From the human T2T-CHM13v2.0 reference genome, Homo sapiens, in NCBI RefSeq assembly GCF_009914755.1, contig NC_060930.1: DNA of 64,000 nt; one strand, written 5' to 3'. The position numbers and the translations under genes were made by a program. This document shows, piece after piece, positions 12,813 to 24,928 of this stretch. Each line of letters begins with the position of its first letter. Within the stretch, counting starts at the first letter, position 1. The notes below the pieces were generated by a model. It did not search any database, had not been told where the DNA came from, and saw nothing but the letters and a program-made list of their open reading frames with translations.

Positions 12813-13724
12813 GAATCCTTATGCATGGGATATTTGTCTATTCCCCCCCGCCAGTTCTTTATTCAGTCATTTACTTACATCAGCATGGACTCCTAGAGAT
12901 TTAATATATACATTGGGTAGTAATCCAGTACCACTTGGTTTTGTTGCTAGATAGTTCTCACTTCGGCCATTTTCTGTTTCTGTACATTTTACACATGCGT
13001 TGTTCTTTCATCCACTGATGTATTCATCCAACAAGCACTGATTGAGATGATCCCAAGCTACCATAACTGATCCACTCCTACCTGCCTTCCCCTCCAACTT
13101 TCCCTGACCAGCACTCTCTTTCCTCCCTGCTTTCCTGGCCCCACCATTTCCAGGGAACATCTTGTAATTCCTGGGATTAAAATCTGCCCTCTACAAAATG
13201 TCTCAGGGTCAAAACTCATCATCAACCCACCATGGCTAGACCAGAAGGACTCAGGGGTCTGGTCGTGCCTCCAAGGGCCCTGACCACCTATAGGAAGTGC
13301 ACAGAGAGAAGGAAAGAGGGATGACCCCAGCTTTATTCACCAGCTTTATTCTTGGCCATGCTGAGAGCTGCCCCTAGCAATAGAGGAGCAGTATGACTGG
13401 CTGGAAGGCATAAAGCAGCAGACATGGGGAGAAGTTCAGTGAAAGGCGGCAGAGCAACGCAGCAGGGCTGAGGTGCCCAGGCCCAGAGACAGACCCTGTA
13501 GCTGGTGGCCCCTTTCAAGGCCTGGCTGCCCCTCCTCCCCTGGTCTGCAGAGCCCGCCCTCCCAGGCCGACCATTTCCCCAGCAAGACACTGACTCTCTC
13601 AATTTTACCAGCTGAGAGACACTGGGAACCTGGGGCAGAATCAGACCCAGTGTCTGACTCCTTCTCCTGAGAGGGCTCCCTTTTTTCTCCTCTCCTCCGC
13701 TGTCAGAAACAGATTTGGGCTGGA

Positions 13725-13787
13725 ATGGCCTGGGGTGGGGTCCACACCTGCTGCTTCCACCTGTGCTGCTGCTGCTCCTGGCCTCAG
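13725..13787 (+). CDS. TREML4: TREML4 coding exon 1 (MAWGGVHTCCFHLCCCCSWPQ)
   Basis: ATG 13725, donor GT 13788; matches recalled human TREML4 N-terminus. Confidence 0.9.
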
Positions 13788-14010
13788 GTGACATGGAGGG
13801 AAAGAGTGCAGGGGGTGTAAGGAGTGGGATGAAGAATGAGTGGGGCAGGGAGCAGCATGGCTGTGTGACCATAGGACAGAATTTAGGGGCCCTCTTCCAT
13901 GTGTGGGCATCAGAACTAGTTCCCCCTCCCCTTCCCCAGCCTGTGATGGGGGAGGTTGGGTCCCTTCAGAGCTCTGACCTGGGTTTCTTTCTGCCGGTTC
14001 CTGGGTAAAG

Positions 14011-14341
14011 GGTGCTGTGCCTGAAGAACTTCACAAACACCCAGGACAGACCCTCCTCCTGCAATGCCAGTACTCACCCAAGAGAGGGCCCTATCAGCCC
14101 AAATCCTGGTGTCAGCAGACATCTCCAAGTCGGTGTACCTTACTTGTCACCAGCTCCAAGCCCCGGACAGCAGTTCAGAAGTCTCATTACACAATCTGGG
14201 ACAAGCCCAATGCTGGCTTCTTCAACATCACCATGATTCAGCTGACACAGAATGACTCGGGATTCTACTGGTGTGGAATCTACAATGCTTCCGAAAACAT
14301 CATCACTGTTCTTAGAAATATCAGCCTGGTGGTGTCTCCAG
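14011..14341 (+). CDS. TREML4: TREML4 exon 2, IgV domain
   Basis: GAVPEELHKHPGQTLLLQCQYSPKRGPYQPKSWC...DSGFYWCGIY...SLVVSP; acceptor taaag, donor gtgag. Confidence 0.95.
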
Positions 14342-14817
14342 GTGAGCTCTTTTCTTGAGGAAATACCTCTGTGCCACCCCCCAGGGACCTGAAGGAAATG
14401 TCATGCACCCCCTCCCATGCCTCTATCATCCCCCATCCTGCCAGGTCTTCTGCTGTGGTCCAAGGGGAGCAAAGATCCTGTCCCCAAACATGGACTCTCA
14501 CCTCTCCTCCACCCAGTACATCCTGGCCTCAATTGTTGGGAAGGTACCCTCAGAGGTCCCTGGACAGAGACACAGTCTCTCTGTCACTCTGCATCTCTCT
14601 TTGTCTTACACAGGCACACCCACAACTCTTCTTTTCACACACACACTAACACACACACACCAACAACTCTGTCATGCAGATCTTAGGCACAGACCACTCC
14701 TGGCTTAAGACATCCTGAGGGTCTGGCTCTGGGCCCCTACCTCCTCTTATGTATGGGGTAGACCCTACTCTCTTCTGGGCCCCTGGAGAGTCATTGTCTG
14801 CTGTCTTTTCTCTTTAG

Positions 14818-14868
14818 CCCCAACCACGTCTCCTATGTGGACTCTTCCCTGGCTCCCAACAAGCACAG
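14818..14868 (+). CDS. TREML4: TREML4 exon 3 (stalk)
   Basis: tctttag|...|gtagg; (A)PTTSPMWTLPWLPTST. Confidence 0.9.
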
Positions 14869-15358
14869 GTAGGTTGGAGGCCTCGGTGGGGGAAGATTAG
14901 AAGGGTCACCAGGCAGCTTGGGAGCCTCAGATTCAGGGAAGGGGAAACCAGGGAGGCCTGCCTCTGAGGACTGATCTCTTGGGGCCTGGGCTGTTGGGAA
15001 GCTACCTTCAGGGCCCACTGTCTCTTAGGGAGAGAAACATGCACTATCTGATGTGATCAGAAGATCGCCATGTTGTCACGATGATGGGAGGGTGTCCCCA
15101 GAGGGAAGTCCATATGGAACACCTTGCACACGTGTGTCCCAGCCCTCCTGCCCCTGTCCTCCCGCCAGCATGGAGAGGACAGTGCCAGACTTGACTTCAG
15201 CTGGTTATGGAGATCTCAGGCCTCAGTTACCCTTAGCCTGAGGGACCCTTAGGGGCTGCCTCTGGCCCCTCTCCCCTTCCTCTCACACTTTTGGGACCCA
15301 ATCCCATTCTCTATTCTGGTGCCCTGGGCAGCCACTGTCTTCTCTGTGTCCTCTTTAG

Positions 15359-15419
15359 TTCTGATCACTTCTCCAGAGGGGACCTCTGGCCATCCCTCCA
15401 TCAATGGCTCTGAGATCAG
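15359..15419 (+). CDS. TREML4: TREML4 exon 4 (stalk)
   Basis: ctctttag|...|gtagg; (V)LITSPEGTSGHPSINGSEI(R). Confidence 0.9.
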
Positions 15420-16113
15420 GTAGGTCAGAGGTTTTAACACTGGGAGGGAGGTCTTGGGAAGGGAGGGCCTGATTAGCTCCTGAACCTTGGAATCAAGTCC
15501 AGGGCACCCAGGGATCCTTCTCTGGTGGGTTGGGGCATAGGTTACAGCCATGGAGCCCCCAGGCCATGACTCAAAATTTGGTAGTGAGGAAAGGGGAAGA
15601 GGATGCAGGTTGTTAATTGTGGAGGAACCATGGAAAAGACAGTTCAACATGGATTTCTGCAATAAAACAAAATGGAACCCAGAAAATGTGGAAATTGGAG
15701 GCCATGTTGGTGTGTTGAGGGGTGAGTATGAATAGAGTCACTGCAGCCTGGGGCAGATGGTGGCTGGAGATGTCAGCCAGAGAAAGATGAGAGGCATACT
15801 GTTAAATTCTGCTTCTATTCTTGCAGTCATGGGTTTTGAGGCCATGACGGCCTCCCCTTCACTGGAGGAATAGGCTGCAATAGACTAGGTCACAGGTGCT
15901 CTAGGGGACCATGGAGCACAGCAAAAGACATGAGCGATTGATGAAAATAGACAACTAACTGCCAGAGCATTTGCTCCGTAGCCCTCTTCTCCTGCAAACT
16001 CCAGCACGGGTAGATTACAAACAGACTATCTCTCAGGGAGTTTGAAGGTGAAACCCTAACCAGAGAAAAAGTATGGCAGCTAATGGGGGTCCCTGGGGTC
16101 TTGTGCTCTAGGG

Positions 16114-16604
16114 CAGTGGTCCCCAAGCCTGTTAGAAATTGGGCCATAAAGTAGGGAGTGAGTGGTGAGCCACTGAAGTTCATTTGAATTACAGCCTCTT
16201 TCCATAGCTTGCATTACTGCCTGAGCTCTGCCTCCTGTCAAATCAGTGGCAGCATTGGATTCTCATAGTAGCATGAGCCCTGTTGTGAACTGTGCATGCG
16301 AGGGTTCTAGGTTGCACGCTCCTTATGATAATTGAATGGCTAATGATCTGTCACTGTCTCCCATCACTCCCAGATGGGACCACCCAGTTGTAGGAAATCA
16401 AGTTCAGGGCTCCCACAGATTCTACATTATGTTGAGTTGTATAATTATTTCATTATATATTACAACACGATAATAATAGAAATAAAGTGCACAATAAATA
16501 TAATGTGCTTTAATCATCCTGAAACCATCCCCGACTCTCAGGTCCGTGGAAAATTTGTCTTCCACAAAACAGTTCTCAGGCGCCAAAAAGGTTGGGGACT
16601 GTTG
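16114..16604. mobile_element. MER1A-like element, duplicate of 134-624
   Basis: Same TIRs, TSD CTCTAGGG/CTTTAGGG, same flanking context as the left copy in reverse complement. Confidence 0.85.
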
Positions 16605-16989
16605 CTTTAGGGCTTTTTCCTCTCATTTTTAACCCTCAACGGCTAGAGGATTTAGTCTTCCGTTCTTCCCCATTACCAGATCCGTATCTAATATGCCCAG
16701 TGGAATCTGAATTCACAAGCCAAAATACCTAGGCTCTTAGTAGAAGCACTACCTTAAAAGAATGGAAACACACCCAACAATAGAAACCTGTGAAGCAGAA
16801 CTATGGGAACTGCCCATTCCCCAGGAACTCTAGGTACCTATGATCAGTCTGGCTAAAGGGGTGAGGGGAGACGTCAACTATGTGGATCATGAGGACGATC
16901 CATTGGAAAAAAAAGCCAAATGCTGATCATAGTTGTGAAAAATATTATAGACCACAATATATGTGATGAAGGACGGCTGTGGCTGGCCA

Positions 16990-19900
16990 GTGAGCTGTAA
17001 GAAGAGTGAGGAATTCTCATGGAAGGTCCTGGAAAGAACTGGAGATTTAAAAATCAAAGAGAAGTTAGGAGACACGAAGGAGAAGAGTAGATGTACTAAT
17101 GTATGAGTATCAAGAACTCCTGTGGGAGATAAAGGATGAAAGAAAGAAATATTTGGAGAAAGAATCCAGGAAATTTTTTCAAAATTATAGAAGAAAAGAC
17201 CTCAAATTGAAAAGATTCATACATTGCCAAATAGGGGAAAACAGCCAACACACACACAAAAATACCTCTAGACCCATTATGTAAAAGGGAAGAACTTAAA
17301 AAGCAGAGGGAAATGTCTGCACGCTTTCAGATCACCTACAAAGTGATAAGAATTAGACTTCTTAAGAAGGACACTAGAGAAAAGAAGACAATTCAGTAAT
17401 ATTTCTAAAGTACTAAAGAAAAACTTTGTATCCAGTGTTTTGTGTTCAGCCAAATTGTCACTCCAATGTGAAATCATAAAACCTCTGGATTCTCAAGGCC
17501 TCAGAAGGTTTGCCACATGCAAACATCCCCACTGAAAACACTCCTGGAGGAAGGACTCAGCTAGGATGAAAAGTAAACCCTGGAGACGCTGCTAGAAGTG
17601 AGGGAGTAAGTGTGCCCAGCATCTTGGGAAAGTTTGTTTTTATCTTTTTTGATTTATAGGAATGGCAGCTAAGAGCAAAATGAAGAACAAGAGAAAATAC
17701 ATTCATGGTCATTGAAAAATAACATTCTAGACTAGCAGTCCCCAACCTTTATGGCACCAGAGACTGGCTTCGCAGAAGACAATTTTTCCATGGACTTGGA
17801 GGTAGGGGATGGTTTCAGGATGACTCAAGCGCATAACATTTACTGTGCATTCTATTTATTTATTTATATTATTATTACATTTTAATATATAATGAAATAA
17901 TTATACAACTCACCATAATGTAGAGTCTATGGGAGCTCTGAGCTTGTTTTCCTGCAACTAGACAGTCTTATCTGGGGGTGATGGGAGACAGTGGCAGATG
18001 ATCAGGCATTTGATTTTCCTAAGGAACGTGCAATCTAGAACCCTCGCATGCCCCATTCATAATAGGGTTCATGCTACTACGAGAATCTAAAGCCACCACT
18101 GATCTAACAGGAAGCGAAGCTCAGGCAGTGATGGGTGCGATGGGGAGTGTCTGTAAATACTAAGAAGCCTCCCTTGCTCACCAGCCACTCCCCTCCCGCT
18201 GTGCAGCCAGATTCCTAACAGGCCAGGAACTGGTACTGGTCTGTGACTCAGGGGTTGGGGACCCCTGTTCTAGACAATATCAACATGGGGTGAGAAGGAG
18301 AGACCAGAAGCCCATGAAAGAATGGTTGGGTACTTGTCTCATGAGAGGCAATATGTAGATATTGATAAGCTCAATGTAGCAATTGTACTAAATCAATGTG
18401 GATAAGAGTCTTCAGGTTAAGTCAAGAGAATGTATACCCTTTCATCCAGCAAAATAAAACTCTAGCCAAAGGAAAGTCGGAATCGAATTTTTAAAAAATA
18501 AAGCACAATAAATGGAAAAAATGAAATAAAAAGGTAGAATCAAGTCCTAAAATAAATGCAATTCCAATAAATTTAAGTGGATTAAACTCACAAAATAAGG
18601 ACAGGGACACTCTGAGTTTTAAAAAGTGCAATGTTATACTATCTATAAGAGATAAACATACAAAAGATTTTAAAAGGTTAAAAGTTAGAAAAATATATTT
18701 GACTATTAGGAAACAAAATAAACTCTTCTGGCACTCTTAATATGGAACAAAATAGAATTTAAGGTAAAATATTATGTCTATAACATTTGTTTATAAAAAA
18801 GACAAAGATATGTAATATATACTGATGAAAGATGCACTTGAATATGAAAATAGACCCATCATAAACGTATATGTGCTTAAATTTTGGCCATGAAATATAT
18901 CAAGCAACACTATCAGAAATGCAAGGAGAAATAAATTATTAGCCATTGTAGTTGGAGGTTCACATACCTCTCAGAGGATCAAAGACCAATGAGACAAAAC
19001 TAAATAGAGGGGTTTAAGTTTTAAGCCAAATAACTAATAAATTCCAGTATAATACCATCACATATTTATCAATGTTACATATTTTATTAGGTATTTATAA
19101 TAATATAGGATACATATAAACTATGCTTTTAAATATATAATATTTTCAAATATATAAAATATGTAGTTACAGATTGAAAAATGTTCTAAACTATATAAAT
19201 ATAGTTCTAAACTATATAAATATAAAACATGTATATTATGTATGTTTTATAAAATACAGTATTCATAAATATAAATAGTGTATAAGTACACATATATATG
19301 TTTATAACCCTCTACATAATAAAAACAGATAGTATACATTCTTTCAAATACATGAAATGTATTTACAAAAGGACACCTTGTATAAGGACATATAAGAAGC
19401 GTGAAGAAATTCTAAAGAATCAGTACGACACAGAATATATTCTCCAAACCTAACGCAATGACATTAGGAATGCATAAGAGAAATAAAATAGCACTTTTCA
19501 AACTATTTACTAATACATTCATATATGAATGTTTAAGTATGCAATAAAATATATTTTGATAATATGACCACTATATATCAAAAAGTATGAGGCATAAAAT
19601 ATTAGGGAGTAATTATTACCTTTGAATATATTTGTTGGAAAACATGAAAGATTTCAAATTAATGAGCTAAGGAAGCATCTCAAGAAGATGGAACGCGAGC
19701 ATCAGAGCAAACCCAAAGAATCATATAATTGAATGATTGAAAAAGGAGATCAAAGAAATTCATAATTCATTCTTTAAAAGTTTGCTAAGATAGACATGTT
19801 CTTGTCAAGACAAAAGAAGATAATAAATAAACAACAAATCAAAGAAAAAGAAGAAAATAACCACACACTGATTCTACAGAGATTTTAAAATAAATAAATC

Positions 19901-21200
19901 CTGAATAAAATCTTGTTGTTTTAAATCCTAGAAGCACACAATTTCCTAACAATATGAACTGCTAAGATTAACACAAGAAGAAACAGATTTCAATAGATTA
20001 ATAAATAGGAAAACTGAAACAGTTGATAAGACCCATCCTCACAGAAAATTCAAGACTCATGTGGTTTTCAGGTAACCCAATTTTTAAAGAAACATTTACA
20101 TTTCATGATTTATATTTCATACTAGATGTTGCAGAAAATAGAAAAGAAGCAAAAACAGCCCAGGTCATTTGAACAGGTTAGTGTCATCAAAATCTCAGAA
20201 CTAATTAAAGGAGATACAAAAAAATTAAATTATAGGTTCATTTCTCTGATGCACATGGGGTCCATTCCCTAATTACCATTAGCTAACTGAATTCAAGAGT
20301 GCATTGAAAAGAAGACTGATTATAATCGAGGAGAGTCTTATCACAAAACAAAAAGGATTTTTCAACTTTAGAAAATCTATTAATATAAGTAAACCAAATT
20401 CATAAACTACAGGAAAAAAGTCAACTGCTGCACAAAAAGCATTTGGGGACCTTGAGCACATTTATGTTATCTGAAAAAGCTCTTAATAAAATGGAAGTAA
20501 GAACAGATAACTTGGTAAAGATTGTACACCAATGATTACCATAAAGATTACTTATTGGAGGTATAAACTCAAATTAAGGATTTTCATAGCTACCATAAAT
20601 GTCTTCTAAAATATTAGAGATTCTGATCAATGCTTGAAGGAAAGGAAAACAGGTTACATGAAAGAAGATTAGACAAGAAGAGGAAAAACTGTCATGACTT
20701 GCAATTGATGGGATCATCTACCCAGAAAAAGAATGAGAAACAACAAACTATTAGATCTCACAAGAGAGTTTAGCAAGGCTGCCAGATACAAAATCAACTG
20801 ACATACATTACAAATAGATTTCTATGAGGAATAATCATTTAGAAAAATAAGATCGTTTTCATTACAGTCACAAAGTCTATAAAGTTTCTAGAAAGAATTA
20901 ATTTAACCAAGACCTGTTTGGAGAAAAGTATAAAATGCTAAAAAATGACAGGTGATCTGAATAAATAGAAACAATCCATGACTTTGGAAGAGGCAATAAC
21001 ATTGTAAATATGTCAATTTCTCCCAAATTAAAAAGTCTTTAAATGTAATCCCAAACACAACTTCTTTACTTTTGTAAAGAACTTGAAAAATTTACTCTAA
21101 AATTATATGAAAAAGGAAGATACATGAGTAGCTAAGTCAACCATGAAAAAGTGAAAATAAAAAGAGCTCACTGACTTTATCATATATTATGTAATACTGA
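16990..21200 (+). mobile_element. Highly decayed ancient L1 (L1M/L1ME-class) fragments in TREML4 intron 4
   Basis: A-rich strand bias with residual ORF1/ORF2-like motifs; boundaries approximate. Confidence 0.55.
17733..18267. mobile_element. Independent MER1A-like insertion
   Basis: TIRs and perfect 8-bp TSD TTCTAGAC at 17725-17732 and 18268-18275. Confidence 0.85.
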
Positions 21201-21785
21201 GGCAGAAAGTTACCAAGGCCACAAGAGAAAAGCAGATTTGCTGGGACAGGGTAGTCCTAGATCAGAGCTAGGCAGGCCAGGAGTGGGGGCTACACAGAGG
21301 GGATGAGGGAGGACCCCTGGGACCAACAGACAGGAGGTCTAGGTCTGTGCTGTCACCGCTCCTAAGGGTCTGGTCAGGTCCTGTGCAGTCTCTAGGCCTC
21401 ATTTCCTCAGATGTGATATCTTGGCTGGTCTTGAAGATGCACTGGGCTCTGATTCCTAAGGTCGGATGGTCCCATCCGACCTGACCTGGTTAGGGAGAAT
21501 TCCTGCTCCCCCAGCTCTATCCCTCCCCTTCCCTGAACTCCAATCCCTTGTTCTTCCCCTGGCCAGCTTTTTCCTCCGTTCAAGACTTTGAGGTTCCTTC
21601 TGACTAGGTCCCCTCTCAGTCCCAGAGACCTCTGTGGCTCCTGCCCCACACCCCTCTGTCATCGTTCAGGGTGGGCCCTTACGCAAACAGCTCCAGCTAC
21701 AAGGGGCCTGCCTGGCTTAGGGACACCGCAGGAGGTGGTGACATCCTGGCCCAAGTCCATCCTCCTTTCTCCTTCTTCCCTGCAG

Positions 21786-21882
21786 GAAATCAAGAGCCCC
21801 TGCCTGCCTTGGCTCAGGTGGCCCCAGATTCCTGGTCTTGGTGCTATGTGGACTCCTCCTGGCCAAGGGCCTGATGTTGTGA
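21786..21882 (+). CDS. TREML4: TREML4 exon 5 coding part (TM segment with Lys, stop TGA 21880-21882); exon continues to the donor at 21918
   Basis: cctgcag|G AAA TCA...; KSRAPACLGSGGPRFLVLVLCGLLLAKGLML*; exons sum to 603 nt = 200 aa + stop. Confidence 0.9.
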
Positions 21883-22354
21883 GTCCTGTTAGTGCTCCTG
21901 ATCTGCAGGTGCCACAGGTGAGGGGGCCTGGATTTCACCTGGGGGCAATGGAGCTGGGGCCAGATTCTGTTCCTAGAAAGATGGCTAGGAAGAAGCAGCC
22001 AGGTCACAGAGGCAGGAAAAATGACAGCTGGGAACAATTTAAAAGTGTGTTTCCTTGCAATCTCTGCCTTCCTGCAGACACAGACCTTAGAAAGAGACAG
22101 AGGCTTTCTGGGAGTCCCATCCCAGGGCTCTGCCTCTGTCTCTGTCCTGAGAGGAAAAAGACCAGGAGGACAAAGCTGAGAGTGCCTGGGTAGAAGGTTT
22201 AGGAGACAGGAAGGGGCAGGGAAGGAAGCAGGTGACAGGGAGAAGGCGGGGGAGGGGCGGGAAGAGGAGTAACAGGTAACAGGGACAGGGTGAGACAAAG
22301 GATCAGAAAAGCATCACTTCCATTCATGACTTTCCCCCTCTTGCCCCATCTCAG

Positions 22355-24090
22355 GACAGCAGTGACGAGGTTTCTGATTGTCCCAGCACAGCCTTGTCCC
22401 AGGACCCTTGGGTGCATGAGCCACAACATGGATCCTGGATGAATCCCAGTTCTTCCCCTGCCCAGCTATTGGGAGCTGGCCTAAGTATTGCTCCCCACCT
22501 CCTTGTGAGGAAAGGCTAGCGCTAAGCCTATTGGAGAGAACTTTCAGCCCCTGAACTCCCCGGTGGTGACCCCTCACCCCTGCACTGAGCCCCCTTAGAT
22601 CTACTGCCCCTGCCCTGACTTTCGCCATTGGGAAGACCTGGGGTGGGGGTTTCTGCATCCGGGTCAATGCCCAGCTCAGCATCTTCAGCTGTGCCCAGGC
22701 TCCTCTCCAGCACTCTGTCGTTCTCTGAGCCCCACCTCAGCAGGTCTCCAGGATCCCTCACATTTCCCCTGTTTGTTGCCTGTGGTCTGCCCTAGAGTCC
22801 TATGAATTTCCTCTTGTGCTTAATTAAATTCAACCTCTGAACTGAAATGTGTCAGGGGCAGCTGAGCAAGACAGCAGTTGTATCCCCTCACCTTCCTCCC
22901 GTCCCACCCCAGATATCCTAAATGAGAGAGAAATGACTTAAAAATAAATGATAAAATTGAAACTAAGAAAGGCTGTAATCAGCAGACTGGAAGCTGAGGA
23001 AGATCTAGAAGTAAAAGAAAAAATTAGATGCGTTAAAATGACATGAGCAGGCGACTCAGTGGCCCAAAACAGGACCCAGAACATTCATCCGTAAATGGAA
23101 TCTGATAATCTGGGGCCCAAATTCTGTTTACTTAACATGTGAGAAGACTCACAGCCTAAAAGAGAAAATCAAGTTGAACTAACAATAAATGATGGTGGGT
23201 GAAAGATAAATGTTTTAGGGAACAGAAGAGGAGCACATATTTATGAAGCAAGAATAGGTACAGTCATTTTCCAACTAACATCTAGTGAGACTGGGATTCA
23301 CCACTCAGAATGGGGGTCCACCATGAGCAACCGATTTGAGGTACCAGTGCATAGCAGCTGAATGCCAGCCCTGTAAAAGACCACCATAAAGAGAGCTCCA
23401 TGTTCTTTTGCTCTTTTGGGGATGGGACATCAAACAAAAGTCTCTTCGTGTATATCTCAGCTCCTGCCACATGATCATCACCTATCTGTGAGAGGCATCG
23501 CTTTTGCTTTGTTTATTTATTTTTTTAATCCTCATTCCCTATGTCCACTTGCCTTCCTCTCCGAGGCAACTACTCTAATGCATTTGGTATGTAACTTTAA
23601 ATTTGAATGTATTCTTGTAAAACATCAAGTATTTTTTTTTCTGTGACTATGTTTTCACTTACATAAAAGAAATTGTGATAGACCTTTTTCATATGCTTGT
23701 CTTACTCCTTGCTGGGCACATATACACAGCCCACTTCTTTTCAGTGCTTATTCCATTGCGTACATATCCCACAGTGCATCATTCCGAACCCGGGGTGCAT
23801 GTGCTTTTTTGCCTTCACTTTTCTATATCATAAATGATGCTGTGATGAATACCCTCCTTCACGTTCTCTTGTGGAATCATGTGAGACTTCCTTTAGGACT
23901 TATACACAGGTGGCATCAGCTGGGTTGTGGGATCTCAGACATCTAATTAATACTGCCAGCTTGTGTTGCCTGAACCAAGAATCTAGACACTAGCGATTAT
24001 GTGTTTTCTCTGAGTCTATGTGAAGTACACAGCACAACCTATGGAATGGTATTGCCAATTAAAAAAAAAATGGAAGGCAAGAATAAACGT
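22355..24090 (+). other. TREML4: Probable TREML4 terminal 3'UTR exon; end uncertain (ATTAAA ~22823, AATAAA ~22943, ~23183, ~24082)
   Basis: Polypyrimidine tract plus CAG acceptor at 22354; several poly(A) signals downstream. Confidence 0.5.
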
Positions 24091-24819
24091 AGCTGAGTGA
24101 TGCTACATGGGGCTAGATATATGATTATCTCTACTTTTGTGTATGCTTGGAAATTTTCATAATTAAAATGGTACCTAAAATTAAACACTTGTGTCTTGAA
24201 GCCACTGCTATTTGGTTTTCAGTCGTATGTGGCTGAACCCAGTTCTTTCTTATTGAACTTTTACAGCTGCAGTAGGTTGGGAAAAGTTGACTTGTCGTAT
24301 GGAAATATTGAGCTTCACTTAAAGAACATTGATAGTGGGATAAAAATGGACTAAATAAAAATAAGTCTTCCTTAATCAGATGCTAAGAGCTTAGCATTTA
24401 GCTATAACTTTTAAATATTTTATCTTAACATCCTTGGCCTCAAAATTGTCATAATTCCCTTAACCACAATTTTCAAGCAGGTGGTAAATTCTGTGTCATA
24501 AGTTAACATCTAAAAAATGTAGCTTTCTTTAAAATTTTGAACATTTCTTATTGTTTTCTTACCTTCATAGTGTTGCTATGGAAATGTCTGATAATAATCT
24601 GATAGTTATTCATCTCTACTGACCAATTTTATCTCTGGAACATTTTATAATTTTCTTTTTGAAATTTGTATTATAATGGGTGTAATGTGGGGTAATTATC
24701 CATTTTTTCCTTTTTTTTTTTTTTTTTTTTCTTTTTGGGCGAAAGAGGGGGAAAAGAGTCAGGGGGTGGTTGGGAAGCCCGGCGACAAAAGGGGGAAAGA
24801 GGGAGGGAGCAGGAAGCCA

Positions 24820-24928
24820 AAAGCCTATATCACCCGGTATTCCCAGGCGGAATCCCATCCAAGTACTAACCAGGCCGACCCTGCCTGGGGCGTGCCTCGG
24901 GCACTTTCAGGGTGGTATGACCCTAGAG
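24820..24928 (-). pseudogene. 5S rRNA pseudogene (diverged, internal deletion)
   Basis: Minus strand reads CTCTAGGGTCATACCACCCTGAAAGTGCCCGA...GCAGGGTCGGCCTGGTTAGTACTTGGATGGGATTCCGCCTGGGAATACCGGGTGATATAGGCTTT, recognisably 5S rRNA. Confidence 0.92.

Noticed and set aside
21878-21884. TT|GTGAGT as a splice donor bypassing the TREML4 stop
   Set aside because: Consensus-like, but the hydrophobic frame continues to the donor at 21918, better explained by a TCA>TGA nonsense change; cannot be excluded without RNA data
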